Numbered from the stretch's first letter, positions 40,749 to 52,479 are shown. The stretch: DNA of 64,000 nt from Burkholderiales bacterium (GCA_014860355.1 JACZJV010000114.1:2453-66452); one strand, 5' to 3'. Notes: generated from the letters alone by a model not told the origin. A program made the numbers and translations.

Positions 40749-41071
40749 GGAAAAGCACAACCAGGTCAGTATCCAAAAATGGTGACCGCTTCCGCGTGTC
40801 CACCCCGAACGAACGGCAGGATTGGAGAAGAAATGCCAGCGGCTCTTCCTGGCCGATAGTGTGAATTTGCAGTCGGGCCCGTAACCGGCCAGTCGCGGAC
40901 TTCTACCTGTTGCAAGACGCAAAGACCGACGAGTAGGTGCAAGCCCTGCTTCCAGCCCGTTTTCACCATTTCCGCGACCAAGGTAGGTGTGGACGATGAG
41001 CGGTCTTGCGCGGACGTTATAGCCGGTTCCCGGTAGTGTCCGGTTTCGCCGCCGTTGGGCAGCGCGCCGGT

Positions 41072-41080
41072 TGCTATAAT
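41072..41080 (+). promoter_or_regulatory. Candidate extended -10 promoter element (TGcTATAAT) upstream of liuB
   Basis: tgctataat at 41072-41080, 60 nt upstream of the ATG at 41141. No good -35 box at 17-bp spacing. Confidence 0.3.
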
Positions 41081-41140
41081 GGGTTTTTCGGGCACGCCCC
41101 AGCGCCAGGCGCGCCGATCCCACTCCTTCCGCCACCTGCC

Positions 41141-42748
41141 ATGAGCACACTGAAAACCAGCCTCAACGCGCGCTCCGCCGAGTTCCGGGCCAACGCGGAC
41201 GCGATGTCGGCGCTGGTCGAGGACCTGCGCGCCAAGATCGACCAGGTCGCTGCCGGCGGCGGAGAGGCCGCGCGCGCCAAGCATGTGGCGCGAGGGAAGC
41301 TCCTGCCGCGCGAGCGCGTGCGCACCCTGCTCGATGCGGGCTCGCCCTTTCTCGAACTGTCGCAACTCGCCGCGCTCGACATGTACGACAATGAAGCGCC
41401 CTGCGCCGGCATCATCACCGGCATCGGCCGCGTGCTGGGCCAGGAATGCATGGTGGTGGTGAACGACGCAACGGTAAAAGGCGGCACCTACTTCCCGATG
41501 ACGGTGAAAAAACATTTGCGCGCGCAGGAGATCGCGGCGCAGAACAAGCTGCCCTGCATCTACCTGGTGGATTCGGGCGGCGCCAACCTGCCCACCTGGG
41601 AAGAAGTGTTTCCGGACCGCGAACACTTCGGCCGCATTTTCTACAACCAGGCCAATATGTCGGCCGCGGGGATCCCGCAGATCGCCGTAGTGATGGGCTC
41701 GTGCACCGCAGGCGGCGCGTATGTGCCGGCGATGTCCGACGAGGCCATCATCGTCAAGGAACAAGGCACGATCTTCCTGGGCGGGCCGCCGCTGGTCAAG
41801 GCCGCGACCGGAGAGGTGGTCACGCCGGAGGAACTCGGCGGCGCCGAGGTGCACACGCGCCAGTCCGGCGTGGCCGATCATTACGCCGTAAATGATGCGC
41901 ACGCACTTTCGATTGCACGCACCATCGTCGGCAATCTCAACCGGGTGAAGCGGGTGAGCACGGTGCTGCGCGAACCGCGCGAACCGCTGTATCCGACCGA
42001 AGAGCTGCGCGGCGTCATCCCAGCCGATACGCGCAAACCCTACGACGTGCGCGAGGTGATCGCGCGTATCGTCGACGGCAGCGAACTCGACGAGTTCAAG
42101 CAGAACTACGGCACCACGCTGGTGACCGGATTCGCCCATGTCTACGGCTATCCGATAGGCATCGTCGCCAACAACGGCATCCTGTTCTCCGAATCGGCGC
42201 TGAAGGCCGCGCACTTCATCGAGCTGTGTTCGCAGCGCGGCATTCCGCTATTGTTCCTGCAGAACATCACCGGCTTCATGGTCGGCAAGAAATACGAAAC
42301 CAGCGGCATCGCCCGCGACGGCGCCAAGATGGTCACCGCCGTGTCCTGCGCGCGCGTGCCCAAGTTCACCATGATCATCGGCGGCAGCTACGGCGCCGGC
42401 AACTACGGCATGTGCGGCCGCGCCTACTCGCCGCGCTTCCTGTGGATGTGGCCGAACGCGCGCGTGTCTGTGATGGGCGGTGCGCAGGCGGCGTCCGTGC
42501 TCGCCACGGTCAAGCGCGACGGCATCGAGGCCAAGGGCGGCAGCTGGAGCAAGGAAGAAGAAGAGGCGTTCAAGCAGCCCATCCTGGAACAGTACGACCG
42601 CAACGGCCATCCCTACTACGCGAGTGCGCGCCTGTGGGACGACGGCGTGATCGCACCGGAGGACACGCGCAGGGTGCTGGGCCTGGCGCTCTCCGCTTCA
42701 CTCAACGCGCCGATCGAAGCGACGCGCTTCGGCGTGTTCCGCATGTAA
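41141..42748 (+). CDS. liuB: Methylcrotonyl-CoA carboxylase, carboxyltransferase (beta) subunit
   Basis: ATG 41141 in ORF 41006..42748. [22 protein letters not shown]...[23 protein letters not shown]...[12 protein letters not shown] is the carboxyl-transferase family pattern. Context is liuC/liuD/liuE. Confidence 0.9.
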   Translation: MSTLKTSLNARSAEFRANADAMSALVEDLRAKIDQVAAGGGEAARAKHVARGKLLPRERVRTLLDAGSPFLELSQLAALDMYDNEAPCAGIITGIGRVLGQECMVVVNDATVKGGTYFPMTVKKHLRAQEIAAQNKLPCIYLVDSGGANLPTWEEVFPDREHFGRIFYNQANMSAAGIPQIAVVMGSCTAGGAYVPAMSDEAIIVKEQGTIFLGGPPLVKAATGEVVTPEELGGAEVHTRQSGVADHYAVNDAHALSIARTIVGNLNRVKRVSTVLREPREPLYPTEELRGVIPADTRKPYDVREVIARIVDGSELDEFKQNYGTTLVTGFAHVYGYPIGIVANNGILFSESALKAAHFIELCSQRGIPLLFLQNITGFMVGKKYETSGIARDGAKMVTAVSCARVPKFTMIIGGSYGAGNYGMCGRAYSPRFLWMWPNARVSVMGGAQAASVLATVKRDGIEAKGGSWSKEEEEAFKQPILEQYDRNGHPYYASARLWDDGVIAPEDTRRVLGLALSASLNAPIEATRFGVFRM

Positions 42749-42770
42749 AGCCGGCTATGAGGACCGAAAC

Positions 42771-43562
42771 ATGAATTACGAAACGCTGCAGGTGGAAGTG
42801 GACGAAGGCGTAGCCACGATCCGCATGAACCGTCCGCAGGTGCGCAACGCCTTCAACGAAGCCATGATCGAGGAGCTGGCGGGCGCATTCCTGGCCGCCG
42901 ACGCGAATGCCGCGGTGCGCGCCGTGGTGCTCGCCGGCGCGGGGCCGGCGTTCTGCGCCGGCGCGGATCTCAACTGGATGAAAAAAATGTCCGGCTACGG
43001 TCCGGAGGAGAATCGCGCCGACGCGATGAACCTTGCAGTGACGCTGAACACGATCTACATGATGAACAAACCGACTGTAGCGCGCGTGCACGGCGCAGCG
43101 TTTGCCGGCGGCATGGGTCTGGTCGCGGCCTGCGACATAGCGATCGCGGCCGAAGAGGCTGAATTCTGCCTGACCGAAGTCAAGATCGGGCTGACCCCCG
43201 CCAACATCAGCCCCTACGTCGTCGCCGCCATGGGCGAACGCCAGGCGCGCCGCTATTTCCTGACCGCCGAACGCTTCAATGCCGCCGAAGCCCTGCGCAT
43301 CGGCCTGGTCCATCGCGTGACGCCGGCCTCACAGCTCGACGCCGGCGTAGACGCCTTGATCGCGCATCTGCTGGCCGCGAGCCCGGCCGCGATCGCTGCG
43401 AGCAAGGAACTGATACGGTACGTAGCGCATGGCGCCATAGGCGAGGAGACGATGGCCGGCACCGCCGAGCGCATCGCGGCTGCGCGTGCCTCCAACGACG
43501 GCAAGGAGGGCATACGCTCCTTCCTCGAAAAGCGCAAACCGTCCTGGACTCAGGCCAAGTAA
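42771..43562 (+). CDS. liuC: Enoyl-CoA hydratase (methylglutaconyl-CoA hydratase)
   Basis: 263 aa. Crotonase motifs RPQVRNAF and VVLAGAGPAFCAGADL. Located between the MCC subunit genes. Confidence 0.85.
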   Translation: MNYETLQVEVDEGVATIRMNRPQVRNAFNEAMIEELAGAFLAADANAAVRAVVLAGAGPAFCAGADLNWMKKMSGYGPEENRADAMNLAVTLNTIYMMNKPTVARVHGAAFAGGMGLVAACDIAIAAEEAEFCLTEVKIGLTPANISPYVVAAMGERQARRYFLTAERFNAAEALRIGLVHRVTPASQLDAGVDALIAHLLAASPAAIAASKELIRYVAHGAIGEETMAGTAERIAAARASNDGKEGIRSFLEKRKPSWTQAK

Positions 43563-43564
43563 GC

Positions 43565-45583
<2,019 letters not shown>

Positions 45584-45597
45584 GGAATCGCGATCAG

Positions 45598-46506
45598 ATG
45601 ACGCTGCCGAAAAAAGTACGCATAGTCGAAGTCGGCCCGCGCGACGGTCTGCAGAACGAGCCTGGCGCGGTGAGCGCCGCGGTCAAGATCGAGCTGATCA
45701 ACCGCCTCGCCGACGCCGGCCTGCCGGCGATCGAGGCCACCGCCTTCGTCTCGGCCAAATGGGTTCCGCAAATGGCGGACAATGCCGTAGTCATGGCCGG
45801 CATCCGCAAGAAGCCGGGTGTCGCCTACCCTGTCCTGGTGCCCAACCTGAAAGGCTTCGAGGCTGCGCTCTCGGCGGGCGCCAGGGAGGTCGCCGTATTC
45901 GGCGCCGCATCCGAAGCGTTCAGCCAGAAGAACATCAACTGTTCCATCGCCGAGAGCCTGGCGCGCTTCGAGCCGGTGGCGCAGGCGGCGAAGCGGCAGG
46001 GCATCGCCGTGCGCGGCTATGTCTCCTGCGTCGCCGGCTGCCCCTATCAGGGCGCGGTCGAGCCCGCGGCAGTAGCCGAAGTCGCGGCGGAACTGTATCG
46101 CATGGGCTGCTACGAAGTATCCCTGGGCGACACCATAGGCGTAGGCACCCCGGGCAAAATCCAGGCGATGCTCGCGGCGGTGATCCAGGTGCTTCCCGTG
46201 GAAAAGCTCGCCGTGCATTTTCACGACACCTACGGCCAGGCCCTGGCCAATCTGTACGCTGCGCTGGAACTGGGCGTGGCCACCATCGACAGCTCGGTCG
46301 CAGGCCTGGGGGGCTGCCCTTATGCCAAAGGTGCCTCGGGCAATGTGGCTACGGAAGACGTGGTGTATATGCTGAACGGCCTGGGGATCGAAACCGGCGT
46401 CGACCTCGAACTGGTGTTCGAAGCCGGACGCTACATCTGCGAACAACTGAAGCGCGAGCCCAGTTCCAAGGTCGCTCGGGCGCTCCTCGCCAAGAAGGCA
46501 GCCTGA
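45598..46506 (+). CDS. liuE: Hydroxymethylglutaryl-CoA lyase
   Basis: 302 aa. [27 protein letters not shown] and [19 protein letters not shown]. Confidence 0.92.
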   Translation: MTLPKKVRIVEVGPRDGLQNEPGAVSAAVKIELINRLADAGLPAIEATAFVSAKWVPQMADNAVVMAGIRKKPGVAYPVLVPNLKGFEAALSAGAREVAVFGAASEAFSQKNINCSIAESLARFEPVAQAAKRQGIAVRGYVSCVAGCPYQGAVEPAAVAEVAAELYRMGCYEVSLGDTIGVGTPGKIQAMLAAVIQVLPVEKLAVHFHDTYGQALANLYAALELGVATIDSSVAGLGGCPYAKGASGNVATEDVVYMLNGLGIETGVDLELVFEAGRYICEQLKREPSSKVARALLAKKAA

Positions 46507-46507
46507 G

Positions 46508-46705
46508 GTGAGCGCCGCTGCATTGCGCAAGGAAGAGGCCGAAATCGCCTCGCCCTGCATCAATGTCTGCCGCATGGACCCGGCCAGCGGCTATTGCGAA
46601 GGCTGCCGGCGCAGCCTGGAAGAAATCGCCTGCTGGTCGCAATACTGCGCAGCGGAAAAGCGCGCGGTGCTGGCGCTGCTGCCTGCGCGCAACGCCAAAC
46701 CTTGA
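46508..46705 (+). CDS. DUF1289 domain-containing protein
   Basis: 65 aa, GTG start. SPCINVCRMDPASGYCEGCRRSLEEIACW is the characteristic DUF1289 Cys pattern. Confidence 0.75.
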   Translation: MSAAALRKEEAEIASPCINVCRMDPASGYCEGCRRSLEEIACWSQYCAAEKRAVLALLPARNAKP

Positions 46706-47613
46706 GCCTGCCGCCGCAAATCCGGGTGCTGCAGCGCGGCTGGCTGTCCAGCAATAACATCCTGTTTTATGACGAGGACGGCTGCACCCTCGTCGACAGC
46801 GGCTATGTTGCGCACGCCGCGCAGACGCTGCTGTTGCTGCAGCACGCTCTCGAGGGCAAACCGCTCGCGCGGCTGATCAACACGCACTGTCATTCCGACC
46901 ACATGGGCGGCAACGCCGCCGTACAGCGCGCCTACGGCTGCCGCATCGGCGTCCCCGTAGGCGAGGCGCCCGCAATCGCCGCCTGGGACGATGCCACCCT
47001 GATGCTCAGCTATACCGGGCAGAGCGCAGAGCGCTTCGGCGTCGATGACACAATCTGCGCGGGCGAGCGGCTGAAGCTGGGCGGACTGGACTGGGAAGCG
47101 CTGGCAGCGCCCGGCCACGACCCTTACGCGCTCATGTTCTACCAAGCCGAGGAACGCATCCTGATCTCCGGCGATGCGCTATGGCAAAACGGCTTCGGCC
47201 TGATTTTTTCCGAGCTGGTCGGCCAAGCCGGCGCATTTGCCGAAACGCGCTCGACCCTGGAGGTGATTTCGCGCCTGGACATTGCGACCGTGATCCCCGG
47301 ACATGGCGCGCCCTTCGGTAGTGTGGGCCGTTCGCTGCAAAGCGCGTTCCAGCGACTGGACGCCTACGAGCGCGAACCCGAAAAGCTCGCGCGCCATGCG
47401 CTCAAGGTAATGCTGAGCTTTTCGCTCATGATCCACGGCAGGATAGAACTCGCGGCGTTGCCTCGGTTTCTTGCTGAGCGGCCCATCTATGCCGACATCA
47501 ACCAGCGCTTTCTGAATCTGCCACAAGCGGAATTGTGCGAGTACCTTGTGAGCGATCTGGCGCGCGCCGGGGCGCTGAAAATAGAGCAAGGCTGGCTGGT
47601 CGCGGCGGCATGA
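46702..47613 (+). CDS. MBL-fold metallo-hydrolase
   Basis: Frame of ORF 46594..47613. Probable start TTG 46702 (TTGA overlap with the DUF1289 stop) or GTG 46726. HxHxDH motif INTHCHSDHMGG. Confidence 0.82.
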   Translation: MSLPPQIRVLQRGWLSSNNILFYDEDGCTLVDSGYVAHAAQTLLLLQHALEGKPLARLINTHCHSDHMGGNAAVQRAYGCRIGVPVGEAPAIAAWDDATLMLSYTGQSAERFGVDDTICAGERLKLGGLDWEALAAPGHDPYALMFYQAEERILISGDALWQNGFGLIFSELVGQAGAFAETRSTLEVISRLDIATVIPGHGAPFGSVGRSLQSAFQRLDAYEREPEKLARHALKVMLSFSLMIHGRIELAALPRFLAERPIYADINQRFLNLPQAELCEYLVSDLARAGALKIEQGWLVAAA

Positions 47614-48036
47614 ATCACAGCTGTTCGGTTTATAGTTCTTATTGATAATCGTGCAGCCGGATTTGTGAATTGCCTGATTAACTTCTCGCTTTTCTACTGG
47701 TACTGCTCGACGCTTGCTGACGGTGAGCATGTCAATGATTCTCTGGTCAGGGGCTTTCCTTTGCCGAAGGATTGGGAAGCAACGGACTGGCGCATGTTGT
47801 CTAAAGCTGTGGACGGTGCACTTCGCAGATCCGCGATAGCGAAGTCGATTGCCACCAAGCAGGGCCATGTGATCGAATACGACGAGATTGACGGGAAACG
47901 TGCGCGCGAGGCAATCGTTCAGGCTGATATCGAGATTGGGCGGGGTTTTGGCCTTAACCAATTAGAGTTGGATTATGTTGTGAACTACGACATCAAGTAC
48001 CGGATGGGCCAAGAAACTGAGGAAGACGATGATTGA
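47614..48036 (+). pseudogene. 3'-terminal remnant of a larger gene (possibly a DNA methyltransferase/RM-type specificity region)
   Basis: The reading frame is open from the base after the MBL stop codon and has no upstream start (the track ORF starts at GTG 47665). Low GC. LINFSLFYWY...RGFPLP... and the tail LELDYVVNYDIKYRMG resemble, from memory only, C-terminal regions of large type II/IIG-like methyltransferases. The stop overlaps the next ATG by 8 nt. Confidence 0.4.
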
Positions 48037-49534
48037 CCTCAGCCCCGCTCAAGCCGCTGCCCGAATCGTCACGCTGCTCGATACGCCAGAGAACCGCACA
48101 CTCGACTTCAAGCGCATCAGCAGCAAGCACGGGCGCATCGTCGAGACCATATGCGCTTTCGCAAACTCCGAGGGCGGTTTGTTGGCGATCGGTGTGGGCG
48201 ATGGCAAGGATCTTAAGGCCGGTGCCAAGCCCCAATCACGTCTGTTCGGTATTGAAGAGAATGCGGAAGCGTTTGACGATCTGCGTCGCCAGGTGATGGC
48301 ACGCTTTGCACCTGCAATCGAGCGTCTTCACTGGCTGCGCCTGCCCTGCACGCTGCACGACGGGAAGCCGGGCCATATCGTGCTGCTGCGAGTGGAAAAG
48401 AGCGAGCAAGTGCATACGGTGACAGGGGACGGCACTTGGGTGCGCATGGATGCGAGTAACCGCGAGATGAACGCGGCGGAGATCGCCGACCTGCACTACC
48501 GGCGCGGTGTACGCAGCGCGGTGACCGAATTGGTGCCGGTGGCGCTCGGCCTGCTGAAAACAGATGCGTGGAGGCGATTCGTCGCGGCGCGCGGGCTCAA
48601 GTCAGGGACGTTTGCCGAGCAATTGCTGCGTATCGGCCTTGCGAACAAAGCAGGCAATGAAGTACAGCCAACACGCGCGGCAGTGCTGCTGTTTGCCGAC
48701 GAGCCGGGCAGCTTGCTGGCAGCACATGATACGCGGGCTGACATTCGACTCATGGTCTATGACGGCAAGGCGCCTTTGCCCGGCGCCACACCCAATCTGC
48801 GCAAGAGCCCCAAGACCATTCGCGGCCCGTTGATCGACCAGATCGACGCAGCGGTGAAGGCGGTGCTCGATGAGCTCGCACAAGGGCTCACTCTCTCGGG
48901 AAGTGGCTTCAAGGCCAAGCATGTCTACCCGGACCGCGTGGTGAAGGAGGCCATCGTCAACGCGGTGATTCACCGCGACTATCGGCTCAACCGCGACATA
49001 TTCGTTCGCATTTTCGATGACCGCATTGAAGTCGAAAGCCCCGGTGCATTCCCCGGCAGCATCACGCCGGCCAACATCGGCCGCGCGGGCTCCAAGGCGC
49101 GCAACGCGCTGGTGGCGCAGAACCTGCGCGAGTTTCCGGTCGCACCGAACATCGACGCCGGCGAGGGAGTCAAAATGATGTTCGCCGAAATGGCGGCAGC
49201 CCAGCTCTATCCTCCCCAATACAGCCAAAACATCGAGGTCGCGGTGGAAAGCGTGACAGTAACGCTGCTGAACCTGGAACGTCCGGGTGCATGGAATGAA
49301 GTGAGCGATTGGATCGACCGTGAAGGGTTTATCCAGAATGCCAAATTATGCGAAATCGCGAAAATTGACACGCTGAAGGCTTCCAAGATGCTCGCAGCTT
49401 GGCGCGAACAGGGGTTGCTTGTACCCCTCCCCGATCGCGGTAAACGCAATATGGCTTATACCAAGCCAGCACGCAAAGGCGAGCAGTCCGATTTGTTATC
49501 CGGACTGGAAGAAGACAATTGCGGTAAAGGTTGA
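48029..49534 (+). CDS. AlbA_2 (Schlafen-like) / HATPase_c_4 / wHTH ATP-binding protein (putative DNA-binding regulator class)
   Basis: 501 aa. N-terminal ENRTLDFKRISSKHGRIVETICAFANSEGGLLAIGVGD (AlbA_2 motif). C-terminal VKEAIVNAVIHRDYRLNRDIFVRIFDDRIEVESPGAFPG...ARNALVAQNLREF (RecG-C-terminal-like HATPase_c_4), then a wHTH-like tail. Confidence 0.75.
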   Translation: MIDLSPAQAAARIVTLLDTPENRTLDFKRISSKHGRIVETICAFANSEGGLLAIGVGDGKDLKAGAKPQSRLFGIEENAEAFDDLRRQVMARFAPAIERLHWLRLPCTLHDGKPGHIVLLRVEKSEQVHTVTGDGTWVRMDASNREMNAAEIADLHYRRGVRSAVTELVPVALGLLKTDAWRRFVAARGLKSGTFAEQLLRIGLANKAGNEVQPTRAAVLLFADEPGSLLAAHDTRADIRLMVYDGKAPLPGATPNLRKSPKTIRGPLIDQIDAAVKAVLDELAQGLTLSGSGFKAKHVYPDRVVKEAIVNAVIHRDYRLNRDIFVRIFDDRIEVESPGAFPGSITPANIGRAGSKARNALVAQNLREFPVAPNIDAGEGVKMMFAEMAAAQLYPPQYSQNIEVAVESVTVTLLNLERPGAWNEVSDWIDREGFIQNAKLCEIAKIDTLKASKMLAAWREQGLLVPLPDRGKRNMAYTKPARKGEQSDLLSGLEEDNCGKG

Positions 49535-49782
49535 AACTAGCTGATATTTAAGCCATTGCCCGAGAGCTTGTTTTCGAGGGGGGACTATAGATGTCTCGAC
49601 CTAACAAGCTGGTTAGGTTTCGGGTTGTTATCCGGGGGGCTAGAAAACAACCTGGAAGAAGCGCGTAAGTAACCGAATATCAACGGGTTATTGGAGTCGT
49701 TATTCTCCAGCCTGCCACAGCCTGGGAGTTCGAGCACGCGGGCATCGCCCTCAGGGGCATTAGCACGCGAGCGCTGCTTGAT

Positions 49783-50226
49783 TTGCCTTTGACGGGTTTT
49801 TTCGCCTCTCGTCAATGCCCGGGGTCGGCCATCCGCGCGGCGATGGACTGGGCTGTCGAAGCGGCGAAGGCACGTCGTGTGGTGATCAGCGGCTTTCACT
49901 CACCACTGGAGCAATCGGTGTTGCAACTATTACTCCGCGCGCGCAGCCCGGTGGTAGCGGTGCTGGCGCGAGCTGTGATCGATGCGCAATTGAAACCCGA
50001 TTGGACGGCGACGATCGCCGTAGGGCACTTGGCGGTCGTGAGTGGGAGCACCGAGACAGAACGACTGACCAGCAAACAAGCTGCGCAGCGCAGCGAACTG
50101 GTGGCAGCACTGGCCGAAAGTATTGTAATCGCCCATGCCAGCCCTGGCGGCGAATTGACGCGACAACGCCAAACATGGGTGAGTCGAGGACTGCGGGTGC
50201 TGGATCTCGATTCCGCTTCAGCGTAA
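49783..50226 (+). CDS. Short DprA/Smf-like (SLOG-superfamily Rossmann) protein
   Basis: 147 aa from TTG 49783; the frame is open from 49669 without a canonical start. FFASRQCPGSAIRAAMDWAVEAAKARRVVISGFHSPLEQSVLQLLL...VVAVLARAV...RSELVAALAESIVIAHASPGG parallels the DprA core pattern (GSR..s..g...a..la..g..vvSG.a.GiD). Confidence 0.6.
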   Translation: MPLTGFFASRQCPGSAIRAAMDWAVEAAKARRVVISGFHSPLEQSVLQLLLRARSPVVAVLARAVIDAQLKPDWTATIAVGHLAVVSGSTETERLTSKQAAQRSELVAALAESIVIAHASPGGELTRQRQTWVSRGLRVLDLDSASA

Positions 50227-50266
50227 CCGATGAAGTCTAATCCACCGTTCCTCGTGCGTGCCAACC

Positions 50267-51517
50267 TCAGTCGTATTTGCGCGTGTCGTCGATGACCTTG
50301 CCGTCGTTGGGCAGGCTGCCTGCAGGCACGAATTCGACGTCCCCGCGCAGCTTGGTCACGTCGCGGATCGAGGCGATGAGCGCCGCTTTCAGTCCGGCCT
50401 CGGCGCTCCCGCCCTCGCAGCGCAGCGTCATATCGTCGTTGCCGGTTGCGCCGGCGATCACCAGGCGCGCCTTGGCGATCTCGGGGTGCCGCCGCAGGAT
50501 TTCGCCCACCTGCTTGGGCGTGACGAACATGCCGCGCACCTTGGTGGTCTGGTCGGCGCGTCCCATCCAGCCCTTGATGCGCACATTGCTGCGGCCGCAG
50601 GGGCTTGCGCCCGCCAGCACGGCTGACAGATCGCCGGTGCCGAAACGTACGAGCGGATAGTCGTGATTGAAGCTGGTGATCACCACCTCGCCCACTTCGC
50701 CCGGTGCCACCGCATCGCCGGTGCCCGGGCGCACGATCTCCAGCAGCAGGCCTTCGTCGAGGATCATGCCTTCGGTGACCGAACCGTCGGGCAGCGCCGA
50801 TTCGTAGGCGAGCAGGCCGAGGTCGGCGGTGGCGTAGGACTGCATCACGCGGATGCCGCGCTCGCCCAGCGATTTGCGCAGCGCGGGCGGCAGATATTCG
50901 CCTCCGACCATGGCATGTTTCAGCTTGCTGAAATCCGCCTTGAGTTCCTCCGCCTTGTCCACGATCAGCTTGAGAAACGACGGCGTGCCGACAAAACCGC
51001 TGATGCGCAAATCGGCGATGGTTGCAACCTGCATTTCGGTCTGGCCGATCCCGGTCGGGACCACGGTGCAGCCCAGCGCGCGCGCGCCCGACTCCATCAT
51101 CGAGCCCGCGGGCGTGAAGTGATAGGCGAAGGTGTTGATGACCAGGTCGCCCGAACGAAAGCCGGCGGCAAAAAGTGCGCGCGCGCTGCGCCACCAGTCG
51201 GGCGCCGTCCCCTCGGGCTCGTACACCGGACCCGGCGAAACGAAGATTTTCGCCAGCCTGTCCAAAGGCGTCGCGTTCAAGCCTCCCAGCGGCGGCAGCT
51301 GCTTTTGCAACTCGCCCAGATCGGACTTGCGCGTAACCGGAAGCCGCGCCAGCGCCGCACGCGTGTCGACCTTCTGCGGGTCGACATCGGCCAGGATGCG
51401 GGCGAATCCCGGCGCGTTCTTCTTGGCATGCGCTATCTGACCCGGCAGCGCGGCGAGCAGCGCCTGCTCGCGCGCGGCCGGGTCACGGGTTTCTAGGGTA
51501 TCGTAATATTCAGTCAT
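50267..51517 (-). CDS. Phenylacetate--CoA ligase family (PaaK-like) adenylate-forming enzyme
   Basis: 416 aa. MTEYYDTLETRDPAAREQ...LPVTRKSDL...GTPSFLKLIV...YATADLG matches the PaaK-like family commonly linked to LIV-type ABC uptake clusters. Confidence 0.8.
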   Translation of the reverse strand: MTEYYDTLETRDPAAREQALLAALPGQIAHAKKNAPGFARILADVDPQKVDTRAALARLPVTRKSDLGELQKQLPPLGGLNATPLDRLAKIFVSPGPVYEPEGTAPDWWRSARALFAAGFRSGDLVINTFAYHFTPAGSMMESGARALGCTVVPTGIGQTEMQVATIADLRISGFVGTPSFLKLIVDKAEELKADFSKLKHAMVGGEYLPPALRKSLGERGIRVMQSYATADLGLLAYESALPDGSVTEGMILDEGLLLEIVRPGTGDAVAPGEVGEVVITSFNHDYPLVRFGTGDLSAVLAGASPCGRSNVRIKGWMGRADQTTKVRGMFVTPKQVGEILRRHPEIAKARLVIAGATGNDDMTLRCEGGSAEAGLKAALIASIRDVTKLRGDVEFVPAGSLPNDGKVIDDTRKYD

Positions 51518-51608
51518 GGGAATAGTCGGTCCGATTGCAAAAAAACAGAGGGCGCGACGCCCGGTGCCTTGAAACGCCGGCGTTCGTCGCGCCGCAACCG
51601 TGTCGGTT

Positions 51609-52415
51609 TCAGGCCAGCCAGCGCTTGCGCCGCTTGTAGTGTTTGACCTCGGAAAAGCTCTTGCGCCCGCCGCTGGAAATACCCAGGTAGAACTCCTTCA
51701 CGTCCTCGTTGGTGGCGAGATCGGAAGCGATCCCATCCATGACCACGCGGCCGTTCTCGAGGATGTAACCGTAATCGGCATAGCGCAGCGCTACCATGGT
51801 GTTCTGTTCGGCCAGCAGGAAGCTCACGCCCTCCTGCTGGTTGAGGCTTTTCACGATTTCGAAGATTTCTTCCACCAGCTGCGGTGCCAGCCCCATCGAC
51901 GGCTCATCCAGCAGGATCATGCTCGGGCGCGCCATCAGCGCGCGCCCCACCGCGGTCATCTGCTGTTCGCCGCCCGAGGTGTAGCCGGCCAGACTGGCGC
52001 GCCGCTGTTTCAGGCGCGGAAAGTAAGTGTAGACCATCTCCAGATCCGCTGCGATGTCGGCCCGGCCTACCTTGCGGGTATAGGCGCCGGTCATCAGATT
52101 GTCCTCGATCGAGAGGTGCGGAAAGCAGTGACGCCCCTCCATCACCTGGATCACGCCGCGCTTGACCAGATCGGCCGGGGTGAGCCTTTCGATGCGCTCG
52201 CCCTTGTATTCAATATAGCCCTTGGTCACGTCGCCGCGCTCGCCCTTGAGCAGGTTGGAGACTGCGCGCAGGGTAGTGGTCTTCCCCGCGCCGTTGCCGC
52301 CCAGTAGCGCCACGATCTTGCCCTCGGCGACGGTGAGCGACACGCCTTTGAGCACCAGGATGACATGGTTGTAGATGACTTCGATGCCGTTCACGGTGAG
52401 CATGGTTGCACTCAT
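51609..52415 (-). CDS. ABC transporter ATP-binding protein (LivF-like)
   Basis: ATG 52415 preceded by gaggag (ORF 51609..52586). GGNGAGKTTT, TSGGEQQM and ILLDEPSMGL. Confidence 0.9.
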   Translation of the reverse strand: MSATMLTVNGIEVIYNHVILVLKGVSLTVAEGKIVALLGGNGAGKTTTLRAVSNLLKGERGDVTKGYIEYKGERIERLTPADLVKRGVIQVMEGRHCFPHLSIEDNLMTGAYTRKVGRADIAADLEMVYTYFPRLKQRRASLAGYTSGGEQQMTAVGRALMARPSMILLDEPSMGLAPQLVEEIFEIVKSLNQQEGVSFLLAEQNTMVALRYADYGYILENGRVVMDGIASDLATNEDVKEFYLGISSGGRKSFSEVKHYKRRKRWLA

Positions 52416-52479
52416 CGGGGCGTTCTCCTCGGGTTCTGCAGGTTCTGCGGTTTTTGCGGCAGCTCGGCACAAGCTGCCG

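Noticed and set aside
40766-42214. 482-aa minus-strand ORF whose 3' tail covers the ORF-free spacer 40766-41140.
   Set aside because: Most of it is antisense to the well-supported liuB gene. I could not recognise any family in the intergenic tail (…VAEMVKTGWKQGLHLLVGLCVLQQVEVRDWPVTGPTANSHYRP…). It is left as part of the possible-remnant note for island 1.
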